From Eledone cirrhosa (Eukaryota): 64,000 nucleotides of DNA. A program made the translations under genes and the position numbers. The notes under the pieces were generated by a model. That model had not been told where the DNA came from, made no database searches, and saw nothing but the letters and a program-made list of their open reading frames with translations. This document shows positions 51,997-64,000 of the stretch, one piece after another (the stretch's first letter is position 1; every line of letters begins with the position of its first letter). Location: NCBI GenBank assembly GCA_964016885.1, contig OZ024743.1, forward strand, positions 151,900,001 to 151,964,000, in the 5' to 3' direction.

Positions 51997-52248
51997 CATG
52001 TTTGTTTGTTTTCATTAGAATTGGATAAATCTAATTATTCTTGGATGCATGCTGAGGGAGTTGTTAAGTCCATTATAAAGTGATTTAAATTCCAAGTTTC
52101 AAGTACATCACTTAAGAGCATGGAAGCTGTAAATTTACAATCATTAGAACACCAGGTATAATGATTTGTGGTGGTTGTTCTGAATTCAAACCATGACAAG
52201 CACATTAAAACAAAAAACTTTAACTTCATGGTAGAAAATAAAGTACCA

Positions 52249-52250
<2 letters not shown>

Positions 52251-52330
<80 letters not shown>
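52251..52330. repeat. (CT)n microsatellite
   Basis: Direct reading. Confidence 0.95.
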
Positions 52331-52333
<3 letters not shown>

Positions 52334-52786
52334 TCTATCTCTCTCACGTTCTCTCTCTCTCTGAAAGAGGCTAGAAAGGATTGTTTTTATACAATGAGCC
52401 AACAATTTCCTTCCCTTCTCTGTGAACAGAGTAGAAAAAAAATATTCAAGCCATTGTGATTCCCATGCTTTGTTTTAGTATGTGTTTCCTTTTCAACATT
52501 TACCAAATAAATTGACATAAATTATTATTATTATATATATCTAAACCCCATAACCACTTGTAGAGTCATAGAGGCATTGTCATATGGCGTGGCTAGGGCA
52601 CTTTTAAACCTGGCGGAGCCCAACCCTGTCTAGGTCTGAACACAGCCAATTTTTTCTATAGAGGAAGAATCAACCCCAGTGCTGGACTAGTACTCGTTTT
52701 ATTGACCTTGAAAGGATGAAAGGCAAATTTGAGGTGCGACAAATACTGTAAAGCATTCTATCCTACATCTTAACGACTCTGCAAAT

Positions 52787-52867
<81 letters not shown>

Positions 52868-52930
52868 GCCGGAGTATCACTAAAAAGCTTTCTCCGATAT
52901 TGTATTTATTATATATATATATATATAAAA

Positions 52931-53542
52931 TATATATATATATAACTGAGGATGTCTGTCTGCGTGTGTATGTGAGTTTGAATCCCTAAAACTCGAGAAG
53001 TACCCAACCAATTGTTTTCAAACTTTACATGTGTATTACTTATGTTTCAACTATTTGATCACCTAGGGCTCGTATTAGATGAAAAACTGTGTCTTTTCAG
53101 CTTTTTAAGGTTTTTTTGAGGTGTTATGTCACACCAATTTCCTTTAAATTGTAACTATGTATTAGTCAGTCTCTTCTTCATACCGTGAGCAAAGAAAATC
53201 TAACTTTTTTATGGCCTAGGGCCAGCATTAGGTGAAAAACTTCATTTTTTCAGCTTTTTAGGGCTTTTTTGAGGCGTTATGTCTATCCATTTTCCCGAAA
53301 TTTAAAGGCATATTATGCACATAAAAAAATATATTTTCTTGATCCTCTAGGGCCCACATTAGGTGAAAACCTGCATTTTTCCTGCTTCATCAAGGAAAAT
53401 CGTAAAGATTATCCAGCCATCAGAGTATTCGGTTTATTTTCTTTACATATTGTCAAGGCATGCAGTTTTTCCATGATTAGGTCTGTTGGCGGCCCGCGTT
53501 CGAAAATACCTTATCCCGTGCAATGCCGGGTACCACTGCTAG
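52931..53542 (+). mobile_element. Non-autonomous Helitron (shorter variant)
   Basis: Reverse complement of the 30983 family; ends cccgtgcaatgccggg...CTAG|T; 5' TC lost in (TA)n. Confidence 0.85.
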
Positions 53543-53552
53543 TATATATATA

Positions 53553-53750
53553 TAAAGTCTGTGATAATAAGACCACAAATCATGGAAAAGAACAGAGAGG
53601 ATATAAAGGAAGATACAAACCCAACCCCAACGCCTAGCAGTTTCGACTTATATGTAGCAAGGTTTCTCTAGGGTGTACTCTTGAGAATGTTTGCTACATA
53701 CGAGTCGAAACTGCTAGGCATTGTCGTTGGGTCTATACCTCATTTTATAT
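53553..53750. mobile_element. Short fold-back element with GAAAC half-core
   Basis: Arms about 53601-53668 and 53682-53750; left extension about 50 bp; (TA)n flanks. Confidence 0.65.
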
Positions 53751-53875
53751 ATATATATATATAATATTATGGTCCACCACACATCTCACCACACCTTCTT
53801 TGTTATATATATATATATTTATTATTATTATTATTTGTTATATATATATATTTATATATAACATTCTATTATTTG

Positions 53876-53952
<77 letters not shown>

Positions 53953-53959
53953 TATATAT

Positions 53960-54311
53960 ATTTCGTTTCGGAATTTGTTTAGCAAGATTCTTTATCTGAA
54001 AACGTGTGTTGAAACCGATATTGTTATGCTTTGGGAGGGTCATGTTGCCAACACACACACAAACAAGATGGCGTAGGACAGAACAAAGGAGAGGCACAAA
54101 AACAAAGAAAAGAATCCCCAGTCATTGAAGAGGTCACAGAATGTGTGACGAAAGAACTTTGACAATATATGAACAATCGTCTGGTTGTGGAACCAACCAA
54201 CCAACAAGAAATTTATAAATTCTTAAATTTATAAATTTAATTTATAATAAATTGGATTGAAAGCAACTGGTGCATGTGTTTCTTATTGGCAACATGACCC
54301 TCCCAAAGCAA

Positions 54312-54319
<8 letters not shown>
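53960..54319 (+). mobile_element. Fold-back element with mutated hammerhead (family of 24394-24843)
   Basis: Arms 54018-54051 and 54286-54319; gtca-TTGAAGA-g-gtcaca/tgtgac-GAAA-gaactt-tgac at 54121-54163. Confidence 0.8.
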
Positions 54320-54360
<41 letters not shown>

Positions 54361-57254
54361 GAAGTTACTCTTTGAAATTTTAAACTGAAAGATTATAATA
54401 TATTAGTTGTAGTTATAAATGCTTACAAATTACAAAACCAATTGAATAAATCATGTATTTTTTTTATTTGAAAGTAAATTAATCTTATTGTAGCATAAAT
54501 TCAATGAAGATTTATATAACGATTATATATAATCTGAAATACAACTACAATAGCTTATGGTTTGTTTATGCGTAGTCTAACTATTTGTATGTATTGTATA
54601 GTAAACGTATAGGCACATATAACTTCATTTCAAATGGTATTTTGTAATTAAGAAAAAAGATACAACATTCTAAAGAGAATGGTCTAGAACAGGAAATAAG
54701 TTTTTTTCTAGATATTGGATAATCAATAAAATGTGAGTTGATTCTACAAATTTGCATTTTAATGTATATTTTTGGAATGGTGTTTTACACTTATTTGATG
54801 CATTTACTAACATCACTTTTTAAACAAAGTCAGACAGACTGAAGCAGGATGAGTAATATGTCTTACCCATGGAAATTAATTTGTATCAATTCCTAATTCA
54901 ATATCTATTTTCTAATATCTGGAAAAAGAAATACTTCCTATTCTTGACTATTATTTTTAGAATGTAGTATCTTTTTGTTAATTAAAAAAACAACATCTTT
55001 TAAATCATTTGTCCACCCACTTCTAATCACACTCTTAATCACATTTGCTTTAAAATAACAGAAATTACTGAATAGGTACATTGATTAAAATTCTCCAGTA
55101 CATTCTATAAAGGTGTTGGCAATCACACAAAGTCAACATAATGTAAAGAAGACTCTTTAATCCTTGCTTCGGACATGACAACTTCTATAGCATTGGTGCT
55201 ATGATAAAATGTATCCAGCATAAGTCATTGCTACCAGGAAGGACATCCACCTATAGGAACCATGCCAAGGGAATGTATGAATGATTCTTAAACCCACCTA
55301 GAATGGTAGTAACTCTGAATAAGAACTGACTCAGATTATGGAAGCATCAAAAACAGATATAAAATGACAATCAAGAAGATGATAGTCACTAATTTGTGCC
55401 TTCAAAATGTTAAATATTTTCTGGTTGCTATTTCTATCTTACACTATATGTAAAACTGATGTACAAGTAAAATATTTCTTAATTCTCTCATAGACTTCAC
55501 TAAAGCAATGCCATAAACAAGCAACACAGTCAAATTAAAGAGACATTGTCAAACATTCTAAATCATTTCAGATGGAGTAAATATAACTCATGTCAAAGTC
55601 ATCTTCTTGCATAAAAATTGTTAATGTTTTGTAAAACAAAAATGTTATTTTAGTCAGTTATTTCAGACATATATACTTGATCAATTAGATTCAGTTCTGT
55701 AGATTTTTCTTCTATGCAGGGTACATGCATGGCTGTGTGGTTAAGAAGTTTGCTCTAAAACCATGTGGATCCTGGTTCAATCCCATGACACTGCCCCCTC
55801 AGCATGTGACCTCTACTATAGTCTCAGATAAGGAGAAAATTACATGGGAGCCTATCACACATATGTGCATGTGTGTGTGTGTATGTGTATATTTTTGTGC
55901 ATGTGTATGTGTGTCTCTCTCTATCTCTCACTTTTACTAACATATATCAGTATTTGTTCAGCACTACATTAAGCACTTCCTTTTGCTTTCATCATCAGAT
56001 ATGCAGTGAACCAGTGACTGGCCACTGGCAAATTGCAAACAACACCATTATTGTTCACAAATTGTAATCAAGATAAAATAAATAATATATATTACAGATA
56101 AATGTGTGACAGTTTGTATAAACAAACCTTATTGGAATTTGTATGTAAGTTCATGCATAAAAACAAGATCATTCAATGTTGTTTATGTAGAGGATTCTGA
56201 GTTGATGCAGATTTTTTTTTCTGATTCCTATTTATACAGTTGTTATAGATTAGCCCCAGGCTATTCTTGATTGAGCAGATACATTACCAAAAACATTTAA
56301 GCCATGATCATGCAATCTTTTTCTTTCTCAGTATATAAGACCATATTACCATGTGGTCATTTGTTACCATATTTCTAATGAAATATAATTTACTACATCA
56401 TCATTAGTGCTATTTATGCATTCCCTTGAAAATATTTCCAACAAATTTTCATAATTTTAACTTTTTAATACATAAATATCCCATATACATACATACATGC
56501 ATGTTTTTCTCTGACTTAATACTGTTTCCTCTGACTTAATATTTTTCCTTTAATCTTACAGAAGATTGAAATCTTACTTCTGACTTGTGTTTTACTGCTT
56601 TCATTCTCTCTCTCCGTTCTTGTTCTTGCCCTCTCTTTTACTTCCTCTGCCTCTCCTCCTCTCACTCGCTTGCTGTCCCTTCCTCATATGATCTCTTGCT
56701 TTCAACTACTCCCAGCATGTGAGTAAACAAAAATTGGAGAAACTTGTTGAAACTTTATAAAATGGATGGAATGGTAAAAAAGCATGACATAACGGAGTTA
56801 TTAAACAAAAACTATATTCTAAATGACACTTAACATATTTTAAACATTAAATTATTAAAACTTTATAAATATATTTTATACTTATGAGAATTTCAATACC
56901 ATGCCCTCTAAACATAATGTGTCGATTAGCTTCCTTGGCTTATAAATGGAGATTAGATGTTTGCCCATTTCTCAAACAGAAAATAGAGGGAACTAAATGC
57001 AAGTATATATATGGTAACTCTTTCATTAATAAGATGATATTTAGAACATTGCTTAATAAAATATTTGAGCAACAACATAGAGTTCCCTCATTACTTTAAA
57101 GATATGGCTCCTATTTCTACCAGGTTGAATGATTGAGTAGCAACTGTTTTATTAGCATAGTGAGATTTGGCTGTTATTTCTAACAGTTTGAATGACCATG
57201 TGGTGGCTAAATAATGTGATATCAGAAGGCTTATGATAAGCATCATTGGTATAC

Positions 57255-57440
57255 ATTTGGCAGTATCGGCAGGGGGTCGGACGTCATGCTTTGACGCATA
57301 GAGTTACAGCCTTTGCCATTCTGAGTTCAAATCCCGCTGAGGTTAACTTTGCCTTTCATCCTTACAGGGTCGATAAAATAAAGTACCAGTAATACACTGG
57401 GCAATTGCTGGCCTTGTGCCAAAAGTAGAAACAATTATTA
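57255..57440 (+). mobile_element. tRNA-derived SINE with Meta-like domain
   Basis: Reverse-complement match to 2998-3180. Confidence 0.78.
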
Positions 57441-58612
57441 CAGAACAGAGAAAAAGCAAGCTTATAATCAAGAACATAAATAATATATGTATTGAAAATT
57501 ATGCATACATGCAATAGTTAAATATGCCAGTGTTGTTAGTTTGGAGATATCACAATCATCACCATTTAATGTATATTTTCCATGCTTGCATACATTAGAG
57601 ACCTGTTGTGTTCTGAGGCCAGACCAGTCAGGTATTAGGGCCTGCTTACATGATGCATTTTGGTTTGTTTTCTATGGTTGTATGTCCTTCCTAATGCCAA
57701 CCACTTTGCATTATGTATCTAGCTACTATTTCCAGCAGGTAGAGCAATTACATAGTAGCTCCTCAATAGTAAAGTATTAAGTATCATTGTCTAGCCTATT
57801 AAGTTTATACATATAACCACTGATGCTGATCAGTTAAGATAGTTGACACCAATCATTTTATGTTATGGCATTTTCCATATTTGTTATCCCTGCCACCTCC
57901 AACTATTTCTATTAAGATCAACATTTTATTATTCCTTGGTAAGTTTATAATTAGAAACACAAGATACATTACATAAGATAAACCTTACAATCCTAGTTTT
58001 ACTGAGATAAAATGGACACAATCACACAGAAAAGAGCTTTTAAGCTAGTAATAAAACTGGAAATAGCTGGAGAAATAAAAGCAAGAATAAATAACAGCAT
58101 TTTACTGAATCCATTTTTATCAGTAGCTATTTCATGTTAAAACTTTCAGAGAATCATGAAGTTCTAACTCCACAATGATTTTATGTATTTATTTATTTAC
58201 TAGACAGATACAGCATAACCTTACTAAATAAACAAATTAACAAAATTGATCCAATGCTCTTTTATTTCTTCTTTCTTTTCAATTTTACTGGCTTCAATCA
58301 CTTTGCACAGGAACTATGCTTAGGGAGGGGGCACTTTCAAAGGATTTTAGATGATTAAATCATACCCAGTAATTTGTGTAGTACTCATTTTATTGACCTT
58401 TATTTATCAAATTACTAAGTACATTGTGCTATGAAGGAACGCAGCAGTTTACTGCCCCCCCCCCCCCCCCCAGCAACAGATATCACCATCATCATCGTTT
58501 TCATGTCAACTTTTCCATACTAGCATGAATTGGACAAAACTTTTTAAGCCAATGTTTTATAGCCAGATCCCTTTCATGATGCCAACCCTTTTAATCATGT
58601 CTTGAAACAGGC

Positions 58613-58661
<49 letters not shown>

Positions 58662-58662
<1 letters not shown>

Positions 58663-59342
58663 TAGCAGTGGAACCCGGCGTTGCACGGGATAAGGTATTT
58701 TGGAACACGGGCCGCCAACAGACCTAATCGTGGAAAAACAGCGTGCCTCGACAATATGTAAAGAAAATAAACCGAATACTCTGATGGCTGGATAATCTTT
58801 AAGATTTTCCTTGATGAAGCAAGAAAAATGCAGGTTTTCAGCTAATGCGGGCCCTAGGGAATCAAGAAAATGAATTTTTTTATGTGCATAATATGCCTTG
58901 AAATTTCTGGAAAATCAGCTAGACGTAACGCCTCAAAAAAGCCCTAAAAAGCTGAAAAAATGAAGTTTTTCACCTAATGCGGGCAGCAGACAGCCAGACA
59001 TACAGACAGATATTATAAAGGCATGTTCTGGATGGAGAGGAAGTTGTGGGAAGTGATGTAATGCAGACAGTCAGACATACAGACAGATAGTATAAGGGCG
59101 CGACGTTATATGTATGTATCTATCTAAAAAGAGGAAGACTAAGAATTATAGAGAGAGATCGCTAAATCGCCTAATGCTGTCCCTAGGGCATTGAAAATAA
59201 GAAATTCTTTTTGCTCAGAACACTCCCTGAAACAAGTATTACATGTGTAAAGTTTGAAAACAATCGGTTGGGTGCTTCTCTAGTTTTAGGGATTCAAACT
59301 CACACACACACAGACAGACATCCTCAGTTTTATATATATAGA
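58662..59342 (-). mobile_element. Non-autonomous Helitron (30983 family)
   Basis: Same TC, hairpin and CTAG termini as 30983-31894. Confidence 0.85.
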
Positions 59343-59575
59343 CTAGACTACTCGTGACCCGTTGGGTCACGAGTAGTCTAGTACAGGTAATCAAAGTGTG
59401 TATACATTTTTCCGGTACACTATATATATATACCGGTGTCCCTAAAAATGTATACACCATTCTAATATATAGGTAATCAAAGTGTGTATATATATATACA
59501 CACAGAAATATATATACATTTCTGTGTGTGCAATATATATATATATATACACACACGGAAATATATATATATTTC

Positions 59576-59634
<59 letters not shown>

Positions 59635-60013
59635 CACATACAGAAATGTATATATATTTCTGTGTGTGTATATATATATATATTACACACACACAGAAAT
59701 GTAGATATGTTTCTGTAGCACTCCTCAATTCCCCCTCTTTCCCTCCCGTTATCCCCCTCTTGTAGTCTGTCTCTTTCTTTCACTCTCACTCTCTCTCTAC
59801 GCGTGCGCAAAAAACATTCGCACGCGCGCACGTGTTTTAGCGTCTATTCACTCTCTCTCTCTCTCCTCTCCCTCCCGCTACCCCCCTCTCGTAGTCTGTC
59901 TCTTTCTTTCACTCTCACTCTCTCTCTACGCGTGCGCAAAAAACATTCGCAAGCGCGCACGTGTTTCCACTGTCGGACAGACAGAGAAATTGCTGGTTAT
60001 ATATTATAAGGAG
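59343..60013 (-). mobile_element. Second non-autonomous Helitron family with internal tandem repeats
   Basis: Reverse strand A|TCTCCTTATAATATATAAC start; 19-bp perfect terminal hairpin ending CTAG; abuts the neighbouring Helitron. Confidence 0.7.
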
Positions 60014-60100
60014 ATATATATATATATATATCGAAACGGAACCTGAACCGAAAAGGTCTGCTTTCTGCTGTATGTCACTATTTATAAAACAAATTTTGTA

Positions 60101-60158
60101 TTTTATCTGATGAGGGCGTACCAAAGTTTTTGGTACACTTGAAATATATATAATAAAA
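60101..60158 (+). ncRNA. Canonical minimal type-I hammerhead ribozyme motif
   Basis: ttttat-CTGATGA-gggcgtaccaaa/gtt/tttggtacactt-GAAA-tatata-TA-ataaaa: all core nucleotides present, three stems, AUA site. Confidence 0.85.
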
Positions 60159-61042
60159 TAAAATTAGCTCTACGTATGGAGCCGAGAATATTATATATAG
60201 AGTTATAAACTCAAAATAGTCTTTTACAATTAAATAGCTCGAAGAAGGGAATATTTCTGAGCCGTTTAATACAAATGAATATATGAGAGGGATGAACAAG
60301 TATACATGTGTTCGCATTGCAAATGACCAAGTTAGCTAGGTTGAAAAATACTAATTTAAAATAATACGGTTTGCCTGTCTCGATTTAAAATAATAAATCA
60401 ATAAAAATAACAAACCTATATTGGCAATGGCCGTGATACCCAGAGAAATTTTTAATTTGTTTCGCAACAATTACGTGGCTCAGAAATATTCCCTTCTTTG
60501 AGCTATTTAATTGTAAAAGACTATTTTGAGTTTATAACTCTATATATAATATTCTCGGCTCCATACGTAGAGTTAATTTTAGTCCCATAAAACCGGCTGC
60601 TATTTTTAGCGGCACGAGTATGGGACGAGTTAGGCACTGTGACACATGTGTGTTCAACAACACATGTCTCAGTCTTCTTAAGTATTTTGAAGTGAAACTT
60701 ACCAATTTCTGGATACCCGCAGAAGAGCACAGGAATAGTAACTTTTACTTAATTGTTGCGAAACAAAGTTAAAATTTCTCCAGGTATCACGGCCATTGCC
60801 AATATAGGTTTGTTATTTTTATTGATTTATTATTTTAAATCGAGATAGGCAAACCGTATTATTTTAAATTAGTATTTTTCAACCTAGCTAACTTGGTCAT
60901 TTGCAATGCAAACACATGTCTATTTGTTTCAGTGTTCATCCCTCTCAAATATTCATTTGTATTACACGGCTCAGAAATATTCCCTTCTTTGAGCTATTTA
61001 ATTGTAAAAGACTATTTTGAGTTTATAACTCTATATATAATA
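60159..61042. mobile_element. Compound inverted/direct repeat element with an about 490-bp unit
   Basis: 60476-60552 is directly repeated at 60968-61042; 60159-60473 is an inverted copy; hammerhead-like CAGAAGA-gca...tgc-GAAAC-aaa-GTT at 60720-60770. Confidence 0.65.
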
Positions 61043-61284
61043 AAGTAAATATGGTTTTATAAATATAGTTTCCATTTATTAATATACCTGGAGTATAATA
61101 TCATTGGTATTATACTCCAGGTATCTGTTGAGTGCTTCGAATCTGTTATAAATAAATTAGTTGAATTACCAACAAACTAAATATCTCTTTGCTTATATAT
61201 ATATATATATTTATTAAAATAACAGATGAAAGTTTAAGCAAAGAATCGCTGCTTTCACCCTTAACGAGATCTTCTGAAACTAAC

Positions 61285-61359
<75 letters not shown>

Positions 61360-61427
61360 CATATATATAAATACATATATACTAATAAACGAAGCTAAAT
61401 TTTAATCATTTGACTTTTATTTAACTT

Positions 61428-61463
<36 letters not shown>

Positions 61464-61467
<4 letters not shown>

Positions 61468-63950
61468 GACACTCGGTGGCACAAACCGATTTTGAAAAAC
61501 CGAAAATAATTAACATTTCAAATACAAACCTCTCAGCCCAACAAGTAAAAATTCTCTCCAAAGGTCTGAAATTCACACCAACACCACAATACCCTAACCC
61601 CAACGAGATAAATGACGATATCTCACACTTCTGTAGAAAATTACGTCTCACAGAGGAATTCTTTGACAAGGAGAATAACGACGAATCAATTGTACAGAAT
61701 AAAAGCAGCTACAACCCAACAAAAGGTAGAAACAGAGTTCTGGACAAATTTTGTGACCACATAGCTACCTTCCCATACCATGAACTACTGCAACCTAAAC
61801 CCAAACCCAACACAAGTCGAAGGGAATGGGAGATTATCCATGAAGTAAAAAACAATACGGACATTGTAATTAAGGAAGCGGACAAGGGAAGTACTGCTGT
61901 CATTATGGAGGCTGAAAAATATAAAAATTCTATGTTCTCTCTCTTACAAAATACTAATTACTATGAAAGAGTAAAAAACTACCAGCAATCAAAAATAATG
62001 ACCAAATTAAACACAGTGATTTATCGATACCAGGAAGACCTAACTAAAAAGGAACGCGATTATTTAACAAATTTTGAATACAAAACCAGCAACCTTTACG
62101 GACTTCCGAAGATCCACAAATGTAAAATAATCAACGATGCCTGTAAACAATCCACCTCAGCCTGCATGAACACACAATACCCCACAGACCTTAAATTAAG
62201 ACCAATTATAGCGGGCCCACAATGTGAAACACACAGATTGAGCAACTTTATGGACATACTACTGTAACCAATACTGAAACACATACCAAGCCTTGTAAGA
62301 GACGATCTGGACCTCTTAAACCACCTCCCCAAACGTGTCAACAACGACACTATTATTGTGTCTTTCGATGTAGTGAATCTCTACACAACGATCCCACACC
62401 AATACGGACTAGAAGCAATAGGATTCTGGCTAGAGAAATATCCCAATGAGATACCTGACAGAATAGAAAAAAGCTTCATCACCGAGGGATTAAAATTCAT
62501 CCTACAGAACAACTTTTTTGATTTCGATGGCAATACTTACAAGCAAATATCAGGGACTGCGATGGGCACAAAAGCCGCTCCAACTTATGCCAACTTAGTC
62601 ATGGCATACTTAGAAGTCCAGATATATGAACAGTCCAAATCAAAATACGGATTGAACTTCCACAAATATTTATCAGAGAATTGGAAACGCTACTTGGATG
62701 ATTGCCTCATTCTTTGGTCCCACACACTCGACCAACTGAAGGATTTCAAAAACTTAATAAACGGCATAAATAACCACATCCAATTCACAATGGAATACAG
62801 CCAAGATCAACTCCCATTTCTCGACATCTTAATCACAAAAAAAGACACAAATATCGAAACTGACATACACTACAAACCAACAGATTCCAAACAATATCTG
62901 CTATTCACCTCCAACCATCCAAAGCACACGAAGACGAACATTCCTTTTAACCTAGCAAGAAGAATTTGCACAATTGTCTCCAATTATGAAACGCGAAATA
63001 AAAGACTTCAAGAATTAAAGGAAATTCTACTTGAGAGAGAGTACCCACTATTACTAATAAATAATGGAATAGAAAGGGCTAAAGCAATAGGCATTGATGA
63101 ATTACGGAAACAGAAACAAATTCAAGGTACGTCCAATATTCTATCATATATCTCAACACACAACCCAAGAAATGCGGAAGCTTACAACACTATTCACAAT
63201 AACATCCCACTACTAAAACAAAACCCAAGAATGAAAAAAGCCCTTGAAACACACAAAATAATCAAAAGCAAAAGACAACCAAAATCACTGAAAACACTCA
63301 CCAATGCCAAATTACCTACCACAAACCCACAACCAAGTATCAAAAAATGTGGTCGCTCTAATTGTGGAACCTGCACTCACCTCATTGAAGGCAACACGTA
63401 TACATTTAAATCAGGACAAAATTTTACTGTAAAAAATCACTTCACTTGCTCATCAAAAAATCTACTTTATGCCATTAAATATAAAGGATGCAATGAAGAT
63501 TATATAGGACAAACTAAACTCACACTCAGAAACAGATTGACAGTTCATCGCCAACAATTACGAGATCCAACCACGAGACAGATACCACTAAGTGCACATC
63601 TAGACATTTGCGCAAGTAATAAGACACCCAAATTCCAAGTCTTCCCATTTTACCTTTGCGCTAACAATACAACAGAACAAATGCGAATAAATAAGGAAAA
63701 TATGTTTATTCAAAAATATAGACCAACATTAAATATGGTTTAATATACATTATGTCAACACCATAACATGCTAACCAACCAAACAGACACATACACACAT
63801 AACACCTTCTACTTTAGAAAATAAAAACCCGAACTAAATAAACCTTAACATACGTTTGCACTGGCAATACAACAGCAAACACGAAAAAGTAAGGAAAATA
63901 TGTTCATTCAAAAATATTCCTACTAAAGGAATCACTTTCCTACACACACA
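61464..63950 (+). mobile_element. Penelope-like retroelement, 5'-truncated in (TA)n
   Basis: LSKGLKFTPTP, IKEADKG, YGLPKIHK, LRPII, SFDVVNLYT, GTAMG, RYLDD, LPFLD, SNHP, CxxxxCxxC, LLYAI...YIGQT...RLTVH. Confidence 0.93.
61476..63743 (+). pseudogene. Penelope-like RT + GIY-YIG endonuclease ORF with one in-frame stop
   Basis: ORFs 61476-62267 and 62358-63743 share a frame; TAA at 62265-62267 interrupts DILL*PILKHIPS. Confidence 0.9.
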
Positions 63951-64000
63951 CATACACACACACACAATATATATATATATATATATATTCTCTTCATCTT

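Noticed and set aside
48880-52030. Target-site duplication around the truncated RTE-B
   Set aside because: Only an imperfect ttcattag match not adjacent to the ends
59470-59720. Regularly spaced palindromic repeats resembling a CRISPR array
   Set aside because: Spacers are (TA)n, the context is eukaryotic and no cas genes are present

Overview
AT-rich animal genomic DNA with no recognisable host exon. The repeat content ((TA)n tracts, RTE LINEs with (GAT)n tails, tRNA-derived SINEs) suggests a cephalopod such as Octopus, but this is inference. The window is a dense transposon landscape. It holds two full-length RTE-clade LINEs (one with an apparently intact ORF) plus truncated inverted sister copies, a near-complete Penelope-like element (RT + GIY-YIG), a CR1-type fragment, a DD37D Tc1/mariner remnant, five non-autonomous Helitrons and several SINE families. 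The most notable signal, invisible in the ORF track, is about ten short non-coding elements sitting mostly in (TA)n. Most share a fold-back architecture (inverted arms, one arm with an extra tail) and carry complete or partial minimal type-I hammerhead ribozyme cores (CUGANGA...GAAA...NUH). They look like a diverse Penelope-mobilised, retrozyme-like system. All alignments and folds were done by eye, so coordinates are approximate to a few bases.
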